Source: a virus
Taxonomy: Duplodnaviria; Heunggongvirae; Uroviricota; Caudoviricetes
DNA length: 36,480 nt
Reading direction: 5' to 3' (one strand)
Virus record (IMG/VR): IMGVR_UViG_2526164599_000008
Both the position numbers and the translations under genes were made by a program. This document shows, piece after piece, positions 27,212-36,480 of this stretch; the first letter of the stretch is position 1; every line of letters begins with the position of its first letter. The notes under the pieces are model-generated. The model did not search any database. It was not told where the DNA came from and saw only the letters and a program-made list of their open reading frames with translations.

Positions 27212-29902
27212 ATGTCGGGACAGTTTTCAGTCGGCGTTGTTATCGGCGGGATGATTGGTAGCACATTCCGTTCTGCAATGAGCGGTACCCGCCGTGCGCT
27301 TGATTCCCTGAGCGATACCTCACGCCGCCTGCAGGAACGTCAGAACGCTTTAACCCGTGCAACAGAACGTTATGGTCAACTGGGTTCTTCCCGGATGCAG
27401 CATCTCAACAGCGAGCTGCTGCGGGTAAGCCGCACCATGGAGCAAATTGAGCGCCAGCAGCGCCGTCTGTCAGCGGCATCCGCTACCAGTGATGCGCTGA
27501 AAGCTAACCGCATGGCGCTGTATGGTCAGGGGATTGAAGCGTATGGCATGGCACAGACTGTTTATCATACGGTTTCCCCTGCCGTTCAGCAGTCCATGTC
27601 TTTTCAGGACAAAATGATTGATATGTCGATCACCGCAAAATATGACAATAAAACGCGGGATGGACTTGCCGGACAGATAAAAGGCTGGGCGCTTAAATAC
27701 AATCAGTATCAGGATGAGCTGCAGGAGGCGGTGGGTTCACTCATCAGCGACAATATTGATAATGTGTCAGATATCGGTTTTCTGATGCCGGATATTGCCC
27801 GCGCGGCAACGGCAACACGCACGTCTGCTCAGGACTGGGCAAAAGTGGCCGCAGTCTGGCAAAACTCCCTGAAAGGTGCGGCCAGAGATTTTGGTGCCGT
27901 TCAGAATATTATGGCTTATGCCGGTGACCAGGGGTCATTTGAAATCCCGGATCAGGTCAAGTGGATGCAGTCCCTGGCCCCAATGATGGCGGGTATTGCC
28001 AGTGGAAAAGAGGCTGTTGCTGAAATCGGGGCCAGTCTCCAGATAGCAAAAATCGGTGCAGGTTCCACCGACGAAGCAGCCAATAATTTTAAAAACTTTC
28101 TTACCAAAATTTTTGCCCGCGATACTCAGAAACAGTTTGCTGATCTGGGTATTGATTTGCAGGGATCTATTGCGAGTTATAAAGCTGCGGGGATCTCTCC
28201 GATTGAAGGGATGTTGAGTGTTATAGAACGTTACCTCAATGCCAAAAGCCCCGAAGCGCTGGCCGGCTTCAAATCAGCCATGAAAATAAAGAATGATACG
28301 GCAAGAGATGAGGCACTTCAGGCTCTGGCGAAAAACTTTGGTCTGGGCGATATGTTCGCGGATATGCAGGTCATGGCATTTATCCGCCCGATGCTGGCCA
28401 ACATGGACAGATATCGAGAGATCCGTGCCGGTGCTCTCAGGGCTGCGGATAACGATTTGCTTGCCAGTGCTTATGATCAGCGGCTGAAATCTCCCCTTGA
28501 AGCCACTAAAACACTTATGGTCAGCAGTCGCGATCTGGCAATTACGCTGGGCGATCAATTAGCTCCATCTTTTATTTCTTTGACTCAGGAACTGCTTCCA
28601 CTCATTCAGGGGGCAAAACACTGGGTAGCGACTCACCCGCAATTTGTCAGTGGGGCTTTTAAGCTCATCAGTGCGCTCCTTGCGATTAAGATAGCGACTG
28701 TTGGTCTCAAACTGGGGCTGAATCTCCTTATTTCCCCCTTTGTAAGTGTCTGGAAAAATGCTGTTTTACTTCGGGCCAACTGGCTTCGTCTGTCGCTCGC
28801 ACTGGGGCAAGGCGGTAAGCTCCGCTGGCTGGTGACCGGATTTAGCGCCGTCGCCAGAGGAGCCAGAACACTGAGTGGCGTGCTCTCCGAGGGGCTGGTT
28901 CGCGGAATTATGCTCGCCGGACGTGCTGTTCTCTGGATTGGACGTGCGCTGATGATGAATCCCATCGGTCTCGTTATCACCGCTGTCGCGGCAGCAGCTT
29001 ACCTTATCTACCGCAACTGGGGGGCAGTCAGTGGCTGGTTTAAACAGCGCTGGGCAGACATTCAGGAAGCCTTTAACGGCGGCATTGTGGGAATTGGTAA
29101 GTTACTGATTAACTGGTCGCCGGCAGGCCTGCTCTATAAAGCCTTTGCAGCTGCGCTGAAATATCTTGGTGTTGATCTGCCGGCAAAGTTTACCGACTTC
29201 GGTGGCCATCTTGTCGATGGTCTGATTAACGGTATCAAAAACAAATGGGAGTCGCTCAAATCCAGTGTAACCGGAATGGGTGACAGCATCAGTGGCTGGT
29301 TCAGCGAAAAGCTGGGCATTCATTCGCCGAGCCGCGTGTTTATGGGCTTTGGTGACAATATCGCGCAGGGGGCCGCCATTGGCCTGCAGCGGACCACTCC
29401 GCTTGCAGCTCTGGCCGGGCAGCGAATGGCCAGTGAACTGCTCCCCAGAATGCCCGTGAGCATCCAGGGGCCAGAAATACGGGATAACACTTCAGGTGTT
29501 CGCTTCAGTATGCCGTTGCCCGATATCAATGGGTTTATGTCGTCTGCTAAAAATGCGATCGGAGCCGTAATCAATAGTTTGTCTTCCATGCCCGCTATTC
29601 CGCTCTCCACCCGGGCATCGATTTTACCAGGGCAACGTCTGGCAAATGAGATGACACCGGATGTTCCCCGTATCCCCTCGCCTGAAATCCTGGCTGCCGG
29701 ATATTCAGGCCGTGGTGCAGCTGCAACCGGCGGTGGAACGTCTGGTGGTATCCAGGTCAGCTTTAATCCTCAGTTTTTCCTCAATGGCAGGGAAACCACA
29801 GCGCCTGCAGGACTGACTGGTGCCCTGAATATGAGTCTGCATGAGCTGGAAAAAATGCTGGAGCGTCTGCTGGCTCAGAAACAACGTAAGGAGTACCGCT
29901 GA
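27212..29902 (+). CDS. Tail tape measure protein
   Basis: 896 aa, helical N-terminal half, hydrophobic central segments, Gly/Ala-rich C-terminus. Follows the chaperone pair. Confidence 0.8.
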   Translation: MSGQFSVGVVIGGMIGSTFRSAMSGTRRALDSLSDTSRRLQERQNALTRATERYGQLGSSRMQHLNSELLRVSRTMEQIERQQRRLSAASATSDALKANRMALYGQGIEAYGMAQTVYHTVSPAVQQSMSFQDKMIDMSITAKYDNKTRDGLAGQIKGWALKYNQYQDELQEAVGSLISDNIDNVSDIGFLMPDIARAATATRTSAQDWAKVAAVWQNSLKGAARDFGAVQNIMAYAGDQGSFEIPDQVKWMQSLAPMMAGIASGKEAVAEIGASLQIAKIGAGSTDEAANNFKNFLTKIFARDTQKQFADLGIDLQGSIASYKAAGISPIEGMLSVIERYLNAKSPEALAGFKSAMKIKNDTARDEALQALAKNFGLGDMFADMQVMAFIRPMLANMDRYREIRAGALRAADNDLLASAYDQRLKSPLEATKTLMVSSRDLAITLGDQLAPSFISLTQELLPLIQGAKHWVATHPQFVSGAFKLISALLAIKIATVGLKLGLNLLISPFVSVWKNAVLLRANWLRLSLALGQGGKLRWLVTGFSAVARGARTLSGVLSEGLVRGIMLAGRAVLWIGRALMMNPIGLVITAVAAAAYLIYRNWGAVSGWFKQRWADIQEAFNGGIVGIGKLLINWSPAGLLYKAFAAALKYLGVDLPAKFTDFGGHLVDGLINGIKNKWESLKSSVTGMGDSISGWFSEKLGIHSPSRVFMGFGDNIAQGAAIGLQRTTPLAALAGQRMASELLPRMPVSIQGPEIRDNTSGVRFSMPLPDINGFMSSAKNAIGAVINSLSSMPAIPLSTRASILPGQRLANEMTPDVPRIPSPEILAAGYSGRGAAATGGGTSGGIQVSFNPQFFLNGRETTAPAGLTGALNMSLHELEKMLERLLAQKQRKEYR

Positions 29903-30786
29903 TGTTTGCCGTACTGGGTGATATTGAGTTTGAGCTGATTACCTACTGGGACGGCTTCGAGGCCACGTTCGGCGTCGATTATGCGGAGCATGCCCGCATC
30001 GGGGGTAAGCCTGGCCTGCAGTTCGTCGGCGACAGGCTGGACGAAATCCAGATAACTCTGGTTTTCCATCAGCATTATTGTGTACCCGATGTGGAGCTGG
30101 CGAGACTGCGAACAGCCATGAAAGCCCATCAGGCACTGGCGCTGGTCTTCGGCAACGGTGACTATCGCGGCTGGTTCGTGATTACCGATGTGACTGCAAC
30201 CAGCGAGCAGACTGACAGTACCGGCAACGTGCTGGCTGTCAGTGCCACCGTGTCTCTCCGGGAATACACCGGTGACCCGAAAAATCCTCTGCAACCACCG
30301 GCAATACGCACGAAGCTCCCGGGTGTCGGGGCGGTCTCCGGTGCCATACCTTCACCTTCAGGGGTGGCGCAGTTCATCCGCAACGGCGTCAACTATGCGA
30401 AACAGGCGCAGTCTGTACTCCAGACCACTATCAGCGCCGTTCGGGTGACACAGAAAATGAAGGATAACCCCGTTGTCGCACTGACCCGTGTGCCGGGGCT
30501 GATGAGCGGACTGGGTAATATCTCCGGGGCTCTGGGGAAAAGTGTTCCGGCGTTTAACGCACTCTCTGAATCCATGCCCGATGCCATCAGTCTGGCCAGA
30601 ACAGCCAGCGAAGCAGCCACGTATGTACAGCAGGCACAGTCTGCGCTGAGTGGTGTGGACAAAAGAAATATTGCAGATGCTCTGGATACCGTTTCCGGGC
30701 AGCTTAACGCCGCCGGCACAGCATTCAACCGCATGTCTCCGGGATTAAGTGCAATGGCCGCCAGAATACTGACGAGGAGTGTGTGA
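29902..30786 (+). CDS. Tail protein with P2 gpU-like N-terminal domain and long Ala/Ser/Gly-rich C-terminal extension
   Basis: N-terminus MFAVLGDIEFELITYW...GGKPGLQFVGDRLDEIQITLVFH...GDYRGWFVITDVT follows the gpU pattern from memory. About 170 extra C-terminal residues. Confidence 0.55.
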   Translation: MFAVLGDIEFELITYWDGFEATFGVDYAEHARIGGKPGLQFVGDRLDEIQITLVFHQHYCVPDVELARLRTAMKAHQALALVFGNGDYRGWFVITDVTATSEQTDSTGNVLAVSATVSLREYTGDPKNPLQPPAIRTKLPGVGAVSGAIPSPSGVAQFIRNGVNYAKQAQSVLQTTISAVRVTQKMKDNPVVALTRVPGLMSGLGNISGALGKSVPAFNALSESMPDAISLARTASEAATYVQQAQSALSGVDKRNIADALDTVSGQLNAAGTAFNRMSPGLSAMAARILTRSV

Positions 30787-30998
30787 TGTTTCTTGAACAT
30801 GTTACCCGTGACGGAGAGCGCTGGGATTCGCTGGCATGGCAGTACTACGGTGACCCGCTGGGCTATCCCCGGATTATTGCCGCCAATCCGCACGTGGCCA
30901 TCACGCCGGTGCTGCCCTCCGGGCTGTTGTTACTGATCCCGGTGATTGAGGCTGAAGAAGCCCGTACAGAAGAGGATATTGCCCCATGGCTGAGATAA
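30783..30998 (+). CDS. Tail protein X (P2 gpX-like, LysM-like)
   Basis: 71 aa. GERWDSLAWQYYGDPLGYPRIIAANPHV...LPSGLLLLIP matches the gpX pattern. Confidence 0.65.
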   Translation: MMFLEHVTRDGERWDSLAWQYYGDPLGYPRIIAANPHVAITPVLPSGLLLLIPVIEAEEARTEEDIAPWLR

Positions 30999-32140
30999 AC
31001 AGCACTGCGCAAGTCACATCAGCGTTAACCGGCGTCAGCGATGTGCTGACACCGGTGTTCACTTTGTGGTATCTGCAGAAAAACATCACCTCTGATATCG
31101 CGCCTTATGTCACCCGTGTGACCTGGAGCGATAACATCAAAAATGAGTCCGATACCATTGAGGTGGAGCTGGACGACACCGATGGCCGCTGGCTGGATAA
31201 ATGGTATCCGGGCAAGGGTGACACGCTGACGCTGAAAATGGGCTATCAGGGCGAGAAGCTGCTGTCCTGCGGTACGTTCTCTATAGACGAGATCGAAGTG
31301 AGTTCGCCCGCTTCCGTTGTTTCTATCCGTGGGGTGGCCACCTCGGTTAACAGTGCCCTGCGGACTAAAACCAGTCGTGGTTTTGAGAACACCACGCTGG
31401 CAGCTGTTGCGGGGCGGATTGCCAGAAAGCACCGACTGAAACTGGTGGGCAGCATTGAGTCCATCAGAATCGACCGGGTGACCCAGTATGCTGAAACCGA
31501 CGTGGGTTTTCTGCGCCGGCTGGCCAGCGAGTATGGTTATGCAGTGAAAGTGGTCAGTGACCAGCTGATTTTTTCTCATCTGGCCACACTGCGCAGTCAG
31601 GAGCCGGTCAGGCAGTTAAAACCGCAGGATGTGGCCCGCTTTTCCCTGCGTGACACCATCAACCGGGTCTATAAATCTGCAAAGGTAAAACACCAGAAAA
31701 GCAGCAGTAAAAAACTGATCGTCTACGAAGCTGATGGTGGTACCCGTGAAAGCGACAAAAAGCTCAAAGGTGGTAAGGTTACCAGCGCTGACTCACTTAA
31801 AGTTAACAGCCGCGTCAGCGACCCGGACAGTGCCCGGATTAAAGCGGATTCAGCACTGGCCAGACATAACGAATACCAGCAGAACGGCTCCCTGACGCTG
31901 ACGGGAACACCTCAACTGACAGCAGGCAACAAAATTGAACTGGTGGGTTTTGGGCAGTTATCCGGGCCATGGCTCATAACCACTGCCCGCCATGCGTTTG
32001 ACCGTAACAGCGGCTACACCACAGAGCTGGAAGTGGCACGGGGGCCAGTCACAAGAGGGAAAAAACAAAAAACTCAGAAACTCACGGTTTATCACCCGGA
32101 TGGCAGTACATCGACGGTGATTAAGGAGAAGAAAAAATGA
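30986..32140 (+). CDS. Tail protein D (P2 gpD-like)
   Basis: 384 aa following the X-like gene, in P2 order U-X-D. Confidence 0.65.
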   Translation: MAEINSTAQVTSALTGVSDVLTPVFTLWYLQKNITSDIAPYVTRVTWSDNIKNESDTIEVELDDTDGRWLDKWYPGKGDTLTLKMGYQGEKLLSCGTFSIDEIEVSSPASVVSIRGVATSVNSALRTKTSRGFENTTLAAVAGRIARKHRLKLVGSIESIRIDRVTQYAETDVGFLRRLASEYGYAVKVVSDQLIFSHLATLRSQEPVRQLKPQDVARFSLRDTINRVYKSAKVKHQKSSSKKLIVYEADGGTRESDKKLKGGKVTSADSLKVNSRVSDPDSARIKADSALARHNEYQQNGSLTLTGTPQLTAGNKIELVGFGQLSGPWLITTARHAFDRNSGYTTELEVARGPVTRGKKQKTQKLTVYHPDGSTSTVIKEKKK

Positions 32141-32733
32141 CTGGTGTCACTCGTCAGGTCGGTACGGTCAGTGCCGTTGATGCCGACAGGGTTCAGGCCC
32201 GCGTTCGTCTGCCTGAATGCGATAACCTGCGCACAAACTGGCTTAACGTGCTGCAGCGCAATACCCAGGATAACAAAGATTACTGGCTCCCTGACGTGGG
32301 GGAGCAGGTTGAGGTGCTGCTCGATGCCAACGGCGAGGATGGTGTTATTCTGGGCGCGGTGTATTCAGACGTCGATAAACCACCGTTCAGTGACAAAAAT
32401 ATCCGGGGAACCCGGTTTGCTGATGGTGCAGAGTACAGCTACAACCGGAAGACGCACACTCTGACCATCCGGGGCGGCATTGAGCATATTGTCATTGAGT
32501 GTGGTGCTGATGTGGTATTGAAAACACAGAAAGCCACGATTGACGCACCGGAAACCGAACTTACCGGAGATCTGCGTGTCAGGGGTAAGCTGATTTACGA
32601 AGGAGGCATGGCGGGTTCTGGTGGTGAAGGTGTTACCGCGACCATCCATGGCAATATCGAGATTAAAGGGAATGCCCATGCCACGGGCAGTATGTTGTCT
32701 GATGGCGAAAACTCCAGCCACCACTCCCACTGA
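32137..32733 (+). CDS. Baseplate spike/assembly protein V-like
   Basis: 198 aa. N-terminal OB-fold-like region and Gly-rich C-terminus ending in SSHHSH. Confidence 0.65.
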   Translation: MTGVTRQVGTVSAVDADRVQARVRLPECDNLRTNWLNVLQRNTQDNKDYWLPDVGEQVEVLLDANGEDGVILGAVYSDVDKPPFSDKNIRGTRFADGAEYSYNRKTHTLTIRGGIEHIVIECGADVVLKTQKATIDAPETELTGDLRVRGKLIYEGGMAGSGGEGVTATIHGNIEIKGNAHATGSMLSDGENSSHHSH

Positions 32734-32787
32734 GCTTTTTAAACGCCTTTAATATCAGCGTTCCCGCACGGGGGCAATACTGCCCCC

Positions 32788-33135
32788 ATGAAAACAACCT
32801 CAGTATTCTGGCAACCGACCCTGCAGGCTCCCGGCGAAATTGTCCGGGGGCTGGATGATATCCGGCAGGCGATTCAAATTATCCTGCGGACTCCCCGCGG
32901 CAGCGACCCGCATCGCCCGGAGTTCGGCAGCAATCTGCATCTTTATATCGACTGGCCTGTAGACCGGGCCATTCCGCATGTGGTGCGCGAATCCGTCGAT
33001 GCCATCCGGCGCTGGGAGCCCCGCTGCCAGCTTATGTCAGTTAAACCCGCCGTCGACGGCGAACATCTTACGCTCCGGGTGAGCTGGAAAGGCTCAGACG
33101 GACAGACCCGGACTCAGGAGCTGCTATGGCGCTGA
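32788..33135 (+). CDS. Baseplate protein W-like (gp25/GPW family)
   Basis: 115 aa. GLDDIRQAIQIILRTPRGSDPHRPEFGSNL matches the GPW/gp25 signature. Confidence 0.7.
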   Translation: MKTTSVFWQPTLQAPGEIVRGLDDIRQAIQIILRTPRGSDPHRPEFGSNLHLYIDWPVDRAIPHVVRESVDAIRRWEPRCQLMSVKPAVDGEHLTLRVSWKGSDGQTRTQELLWR

Positions 33136-34229
33136 CAGAACCCGATTTTATTGAACGCGATGCCGACAAAATCACGGCAGAAATGATTGCGAAGTATGAA
33201 GCGGATACCGGCAAAACGCTGTACCCGGCACAGGCAGAACGTCTGCTGATTGATCTGTGGGCCTATCGCGAAATGCTGGTCAGGGTTGCGGTACAGGAGG
33301 CAGCAAAGCAGAATCTGGTCGCCTTTGCCCGTGAGCCGATGATTGATTACCTCGGTGAACTGGTCGGTGTATACCGTCTTGCCGCGCAGCCTGCCACTAC
33401 CACGCTCCAGTTCTCCGTAGATGAGGCACTGGCCATTGATGTGCTGATCCCGGCAGGCACCCGCGTCAGCGCTTCCGACAGCGTTATTTTTGCCACCGAT
33501 ACAGATGTGGTACTGAAGGCCGGATTGCTGCTGGTCAATGTCACGTCCACCTGTACCGAACCCGGTACCGCTGGTAACGGCTGGCAACCTGCGCAGGTCA
33601 GTCAGTTACTCGATGAGATTGATAACGTCGACCTGCTGGTGAGCAATCTGACGGCCAGTTCCGGCGGTTCAGAACAGGAAGACGATGACAGGCTCCGGGA
33701 GCGTATCAGGCTGGCCCCGGAGTCATTCACCAATGCCGGAAGCCGTGGCGCATACCGCTTTCATGCCATGCAGGCCCATCCCAACATTGTCGATGTTGCT
33801 GTGCTTTCCCCGGTTCCCGGGACCGTAGATCTGTATCCGCTGCTCAGTACCGGTCTGCCGGACGGCGGTGTTCTCACGCTGGTAGAGAGTTTCTGCTCTG
33901 ATGAGAAAGTCAGGCCACTCACTGATACAGTGCGGGCTAAAACACCAGTGAAGGTGGATTACACCATTGAAGCCAAGATTACGATCTATCGTGATCAGGA
34001 TGCCAGGTCTGTAAAAGATGCCGCTAACAGCGCCATACAGAACTGGGTGGCATCACGTGCCGCCACGCTGGGGCGCGATATTGTCCCCAGCCAGATTATC
34101 AGTGCATTGTCCGTTTCCGGGGTGTACCAGGTTGAACTGGTGACACCGGCACTGCGGGTGGTGGCAGAAAACGAATGGGCAAACTGTACGGCAATCACTC
34201 TTAACATGACTGGAGTGTCTGATGACTGA
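33126..34229 (+). CDS. Baseplate protein J-like
   Basis: 367 aa directly after the W-like gene, overlapping its stop. Confidence 0.65.
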   Translation: MALTEPDFIERDADKITAEMIAKYEADTGKTLYPAQAERLLIDLWAYREMLVRVAVQEAAKQNLVAFAREPMIDYLGELVGVYRLAAQPATTTLQFSVDEALAIDVLIPAGTRVSASDSVIFATDTDVVLKAGLLLVNVTSTCTEPGTAGNGWQPAQVSQLLDEIDNVDLLVSNLTASSGGSEQEDDDRLRERIRLAPESFTNAGSRGAYRFHAMQAHPNIVDVAVLSPVPGTVDLYPLLSTGLPDGGVLTLVESFCSDEKVRPLTDTVRAKTPVKVDYTIEAKITIYRDQDARSVKDAANSAIQNWVASRAATLGRDIVPSQIISALSVSGVYQVELVTPALRVVAENEWANCTAITLNMTGVSDD

Positions 34230-34800
34230 GCCATTACAACTCCCGCCACCGCTTGAGGGTGATATCAGTCTCAGGACGCTGGGAAGACTGGCAGGACGGC
34301 TGGATAACATCGACCTGAGCGTACTGATGGTCTTTCTCGTCGATATCGTCGACAGTTCCGCGCTGCCATGGCTGGGCGAGCAGTTCTCACTGTCTGGCGA
34401 TGGCTGGGAGCTGGCGGAATCGGACGATGTTCGCCGCATGCTTATAAAAGCAGCCATCGAACTGCACCGGTATAAAGGGACGCCGTGGTCAATCCGGGAA
34501 GTTATCCGCCGTTTTGGCTTTGGTGAAGTGGATCTGATTGAAGGCACAGGTCGTCTCAGTTACGACGGCAATCGCAGCTATAACGGACTGTTTGTTCATG
34601 GAGATGCAGCCGCCTGGGCAGTTTATCGCGTTATTCTGAAACAGCCCATTACTAACGATCAGGCCGCGATGCTGCGTCAGACGCTGGCTGCATTTGCACC
34701 GGCCCGCTGCCATCTGGCCAGCCTGGAGTATCAGTCTGTGGCCATTCGCTATAACAATACCGCCATCCATGATGGCAGTTATAACCACGGGAGCAGTTGA
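34222..34800 (+). CDS. Baseplate/tail protein I-like
   Basis: 192 aa after the J-like gene, in P2 order V-W-J-I-H-G. Confidence 0.55.
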   Translation: MTEPLQLPPPLEGDISLRTLGRLAGRLDNIDLSVLMVFLVDIVDSSALPWLGEQFSLSGDGWELAESDDVRRMLIKAAIELHRYKGTPWSIREVIRRFGFGEVDLIEGTGRLSYDGNRSYNGLFVHGDAAAWAVYRVILKQPITNDQAAMLRQTLAAFAPARCHLASLEYQSVAIRYNNTAIHDGSYNHGSS

Positions 34801-35900
34801 TTATGGGAAACCTGAATGAAACAGAAAAGTGGGAAGAAAATATCTATCAACTGGAGACATCAGATCCGGTTCTGGGTGGTGCAGACGGGATATCAAATCG
34901 AGCCCCCCGGCAACTGGCAAACAGGACGAAATGGCTGAAGAAAAAAACGGAGGAAGCCGCACAGTCACTGGCTGAACACGTACGTTCCCGTAACCACCCG
35001 GACGCGACACTGACAGCTAAGGGGTTCACCCAACTGAGCAGTGCCACCAACAGCACCTCTGAAACGCTGGCCGCCACACCAAAGGCCGTCAAGGCTGCAT
35101 ATGACCTGGCTGCCGGCAAGGCCCCCGTCAGCCATACTCACCCGTGGAGTCAGATAACGGGAGTGCCTGCTGCCTCGCTGACGGCAAAAGGCACCGTACA
35201 ATTGAGCAGTGACATCAACAGCACGTCTGAAATACTGGCCGCCACACCGAAAGCGGTCAAGGCTGCATACGATCTGGCAAACGGAAAACAACCGGCAGAT
35301 GCCACGCTCACTGCTCTGGCAGGACTTGCCACTGCAGCAGATCGGTTGCCTTATTTTACCGGAGCAGACCGCGCAGCACTGACAACCCTTACAGCTATTG
35401 GTCGCGCTATTATCGCTATGGGCAGTATAAAAGAAGTCCTCAATTACCTTGGTTTAGGAGAAGGTTCTGCACTGCCCGTTGGTGTGCCCGTTCCGTGGCC
35501 CTCAGCAACACCACCAACGGGCTGGCTGAAATGTAACGGTGCAGCATTTTCTTCTGAAATGTACCCAAATCTGGCAAAGGTTTACCCAACGTTAAAATTA
35601 CCTGATTTACGCGGTGAGTTTATCCGTGGCTGGGATGATGGGCGCGGGGTGGATGCCGGAAGGGGCATCTTAAGCATGCAGGGGTGGTTAACAGGAAGTC
35701 ATTATCATAATATTCGGTCATGGGATGCGTGGGATAACACGGTACTGGTGCCAAATGACAAAAGAGGGATAGTCCGTTGTCGACAGATAACGCCGTCCGG
35801 CAAGGTGCAATTAACGGTAGGTTTACCAGTCAATACAGAACGGAATCCTCAGATGGGAATGAAAACCGCCCACGCAATATTGCCTTCAATTATATTGTGA
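34797..35900 (+). CDS. Tail fibre protein with tandem fibre repeats
   Basis: 367 aa. Two roughly 40-aa repeats (LTAKG..QLSS..NSTSE.LAATPKAVKAAYDLA) typical of tail-fibre repeat motifs. AT-richer 3' part. Confidence 0.65.
   Translation: MIMGNLNETEKWEENIYQLETSDPVLGGADGISNRAPRQLANRTKWLKKKTEEAAQSLAEHVRSRNHPDATLTAKGFTQLSSATNSTSETLAATPKAVKAAYDLAAGKAPVSHTHPWSQITGVPAASLTAKGTVQLSSDINSTSEILAATPKAVKAAYDLANGKQPADATLTALAGLATAADRLPYFTGADRAALTTLTAIGRAIIAMGSIKEVLNYLGLGEGSALPVGVPVPWPSATPPTGWLKCNGAAFSSEMYPNLAKVYPTLKLPDLRGEFIRGWDDGRGVDAGRGILSMQGWLTGSHYHNIRSWDAWDNTVLVPNDKRGIVRCRQITPSGKVQLTVGLPVNTERNPQMGMKTAHAILPSIIL
35007..35294 (+). repeat. Tandem coding repeat (2 copies of about 120 nt) inside the tail fibre gene
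   Basis: Amino-acid repeats at residues about 71..110 and 127..166 of the fibre protein, with matching nucleotide similarity. Confidence 0.6.
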
Positions 35901-35910
35901 GAACCGCATA

Positions 35911-36480
35911 ATGAATAACGCGATATTAAATGATGACCTTATTGCCGTACAGGCAGGAAACATCGTCGTTTATAACTATGATGGTGAGACACGGGAATAT
36001 ATTTCCGAATCAACTGAATATCTTGCTGTGGGTGTCGGTATTCCGGCAAATTCCTGTTTAGATGCCCCGGGCGCACATAAAGCGGGCTATGCTATCCGCC
36101 GTTCGGAGAATTTAAGTTCATGGGAGTATGCGCCAGACCATCGTGGTGAAACCGTCTATAGCACTGACACGGGAAACACCGAAGAAATCACGGCGCTGGG
36201 TGACTACCCGAAAACTACAACCACTATCGCCCCGTTAACACCATACGATAAATGGGATGGTGAAAAATGGGTGACAGATACTGAGGCACAACATCGTGCC
36301 GCAGTAGAAGCGGCAGAAACCAAGCGCCAGTCACTGGCTGATGCGGCAATGGCTTCCATAAGTCTGATTCAGTTGAAGTTGCAGGCCGGGCGGAAGTTGA
36401 CGCAGGCAGAAACCACCCGGCTTAATGCCGTGCTGGATTATATAGACGCGCTGAACGCAATGGATATAAACATGTACCAG
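35911..36480 (+). CDS. Tail fibre assembly protein (partial, 3' end beyond window)
   Basis: Open frame from the ATG about 10 nt after the fibre stop to the window end. Not in the ORF track because no stop is reached. Position and N-terminal sequence resemble tail-fibre assembly chaperones. Confidence 0.5.
   Translation, partial: MNNAILNDDLIAVQAGNIVVYNYDGETREYISESTEYLAVGVGIPANSCLDAPGAHKAGYAIRRSENLSSWEYAPDHRGETVYSTDTGNTEEITALGDYPKTTTTIAPLTPYDKWDGEKWVTDTEAQHRAAVEAAETKRQSLADAAMASISLIQLKLQAGRKLTQAETTRLNAVLDYIDALNAMDINMYQ

Overview
The window holds the last gene of a host chromosome (a membrane phosphatase resembling enterobacterial YnbD, 1..1317) followed by most of a transposable, Mu-like prophage that runs from about 1.4 kb to beyond the window end. 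Its layout is not that of Mu itself: the early operon is read leftward (Ner-like regulator, DDE transposase, AAA+ transposition ATPase, Gam-like protein, small unknown ORFs, GemA-like and Mor-like regulators), while the late operon is read rightward (lysis cassette, Mu-like head genes, P2-like tail genes, tail fibre, truncated tail-fibre assembly gene). From memory this matches the BcepMu-like group of transposable phages. The most interesting part is an AT-richer cargo island at 10122..13097 between the immunity repressor and the lysis genes. It contains a two-gene operon (a protein that by eye resembles the nucleoid-associated NdpA/YejK family, plus a membrane-anchored protein of unknown function) and a convergent orphan Dam-family adenine methyltransferase. 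I propose this as a candidate, apparently undescribed, defence or superinfection-exclusion module. No rRNA, tRNA or CRISPR array was seen. All protein family calls are from reading motifs in the translations, not from database searches. My manual base counting occasionally disagreed with the ORF track by 1 nt, so motif coordinates are approximate to within about 2 nt.
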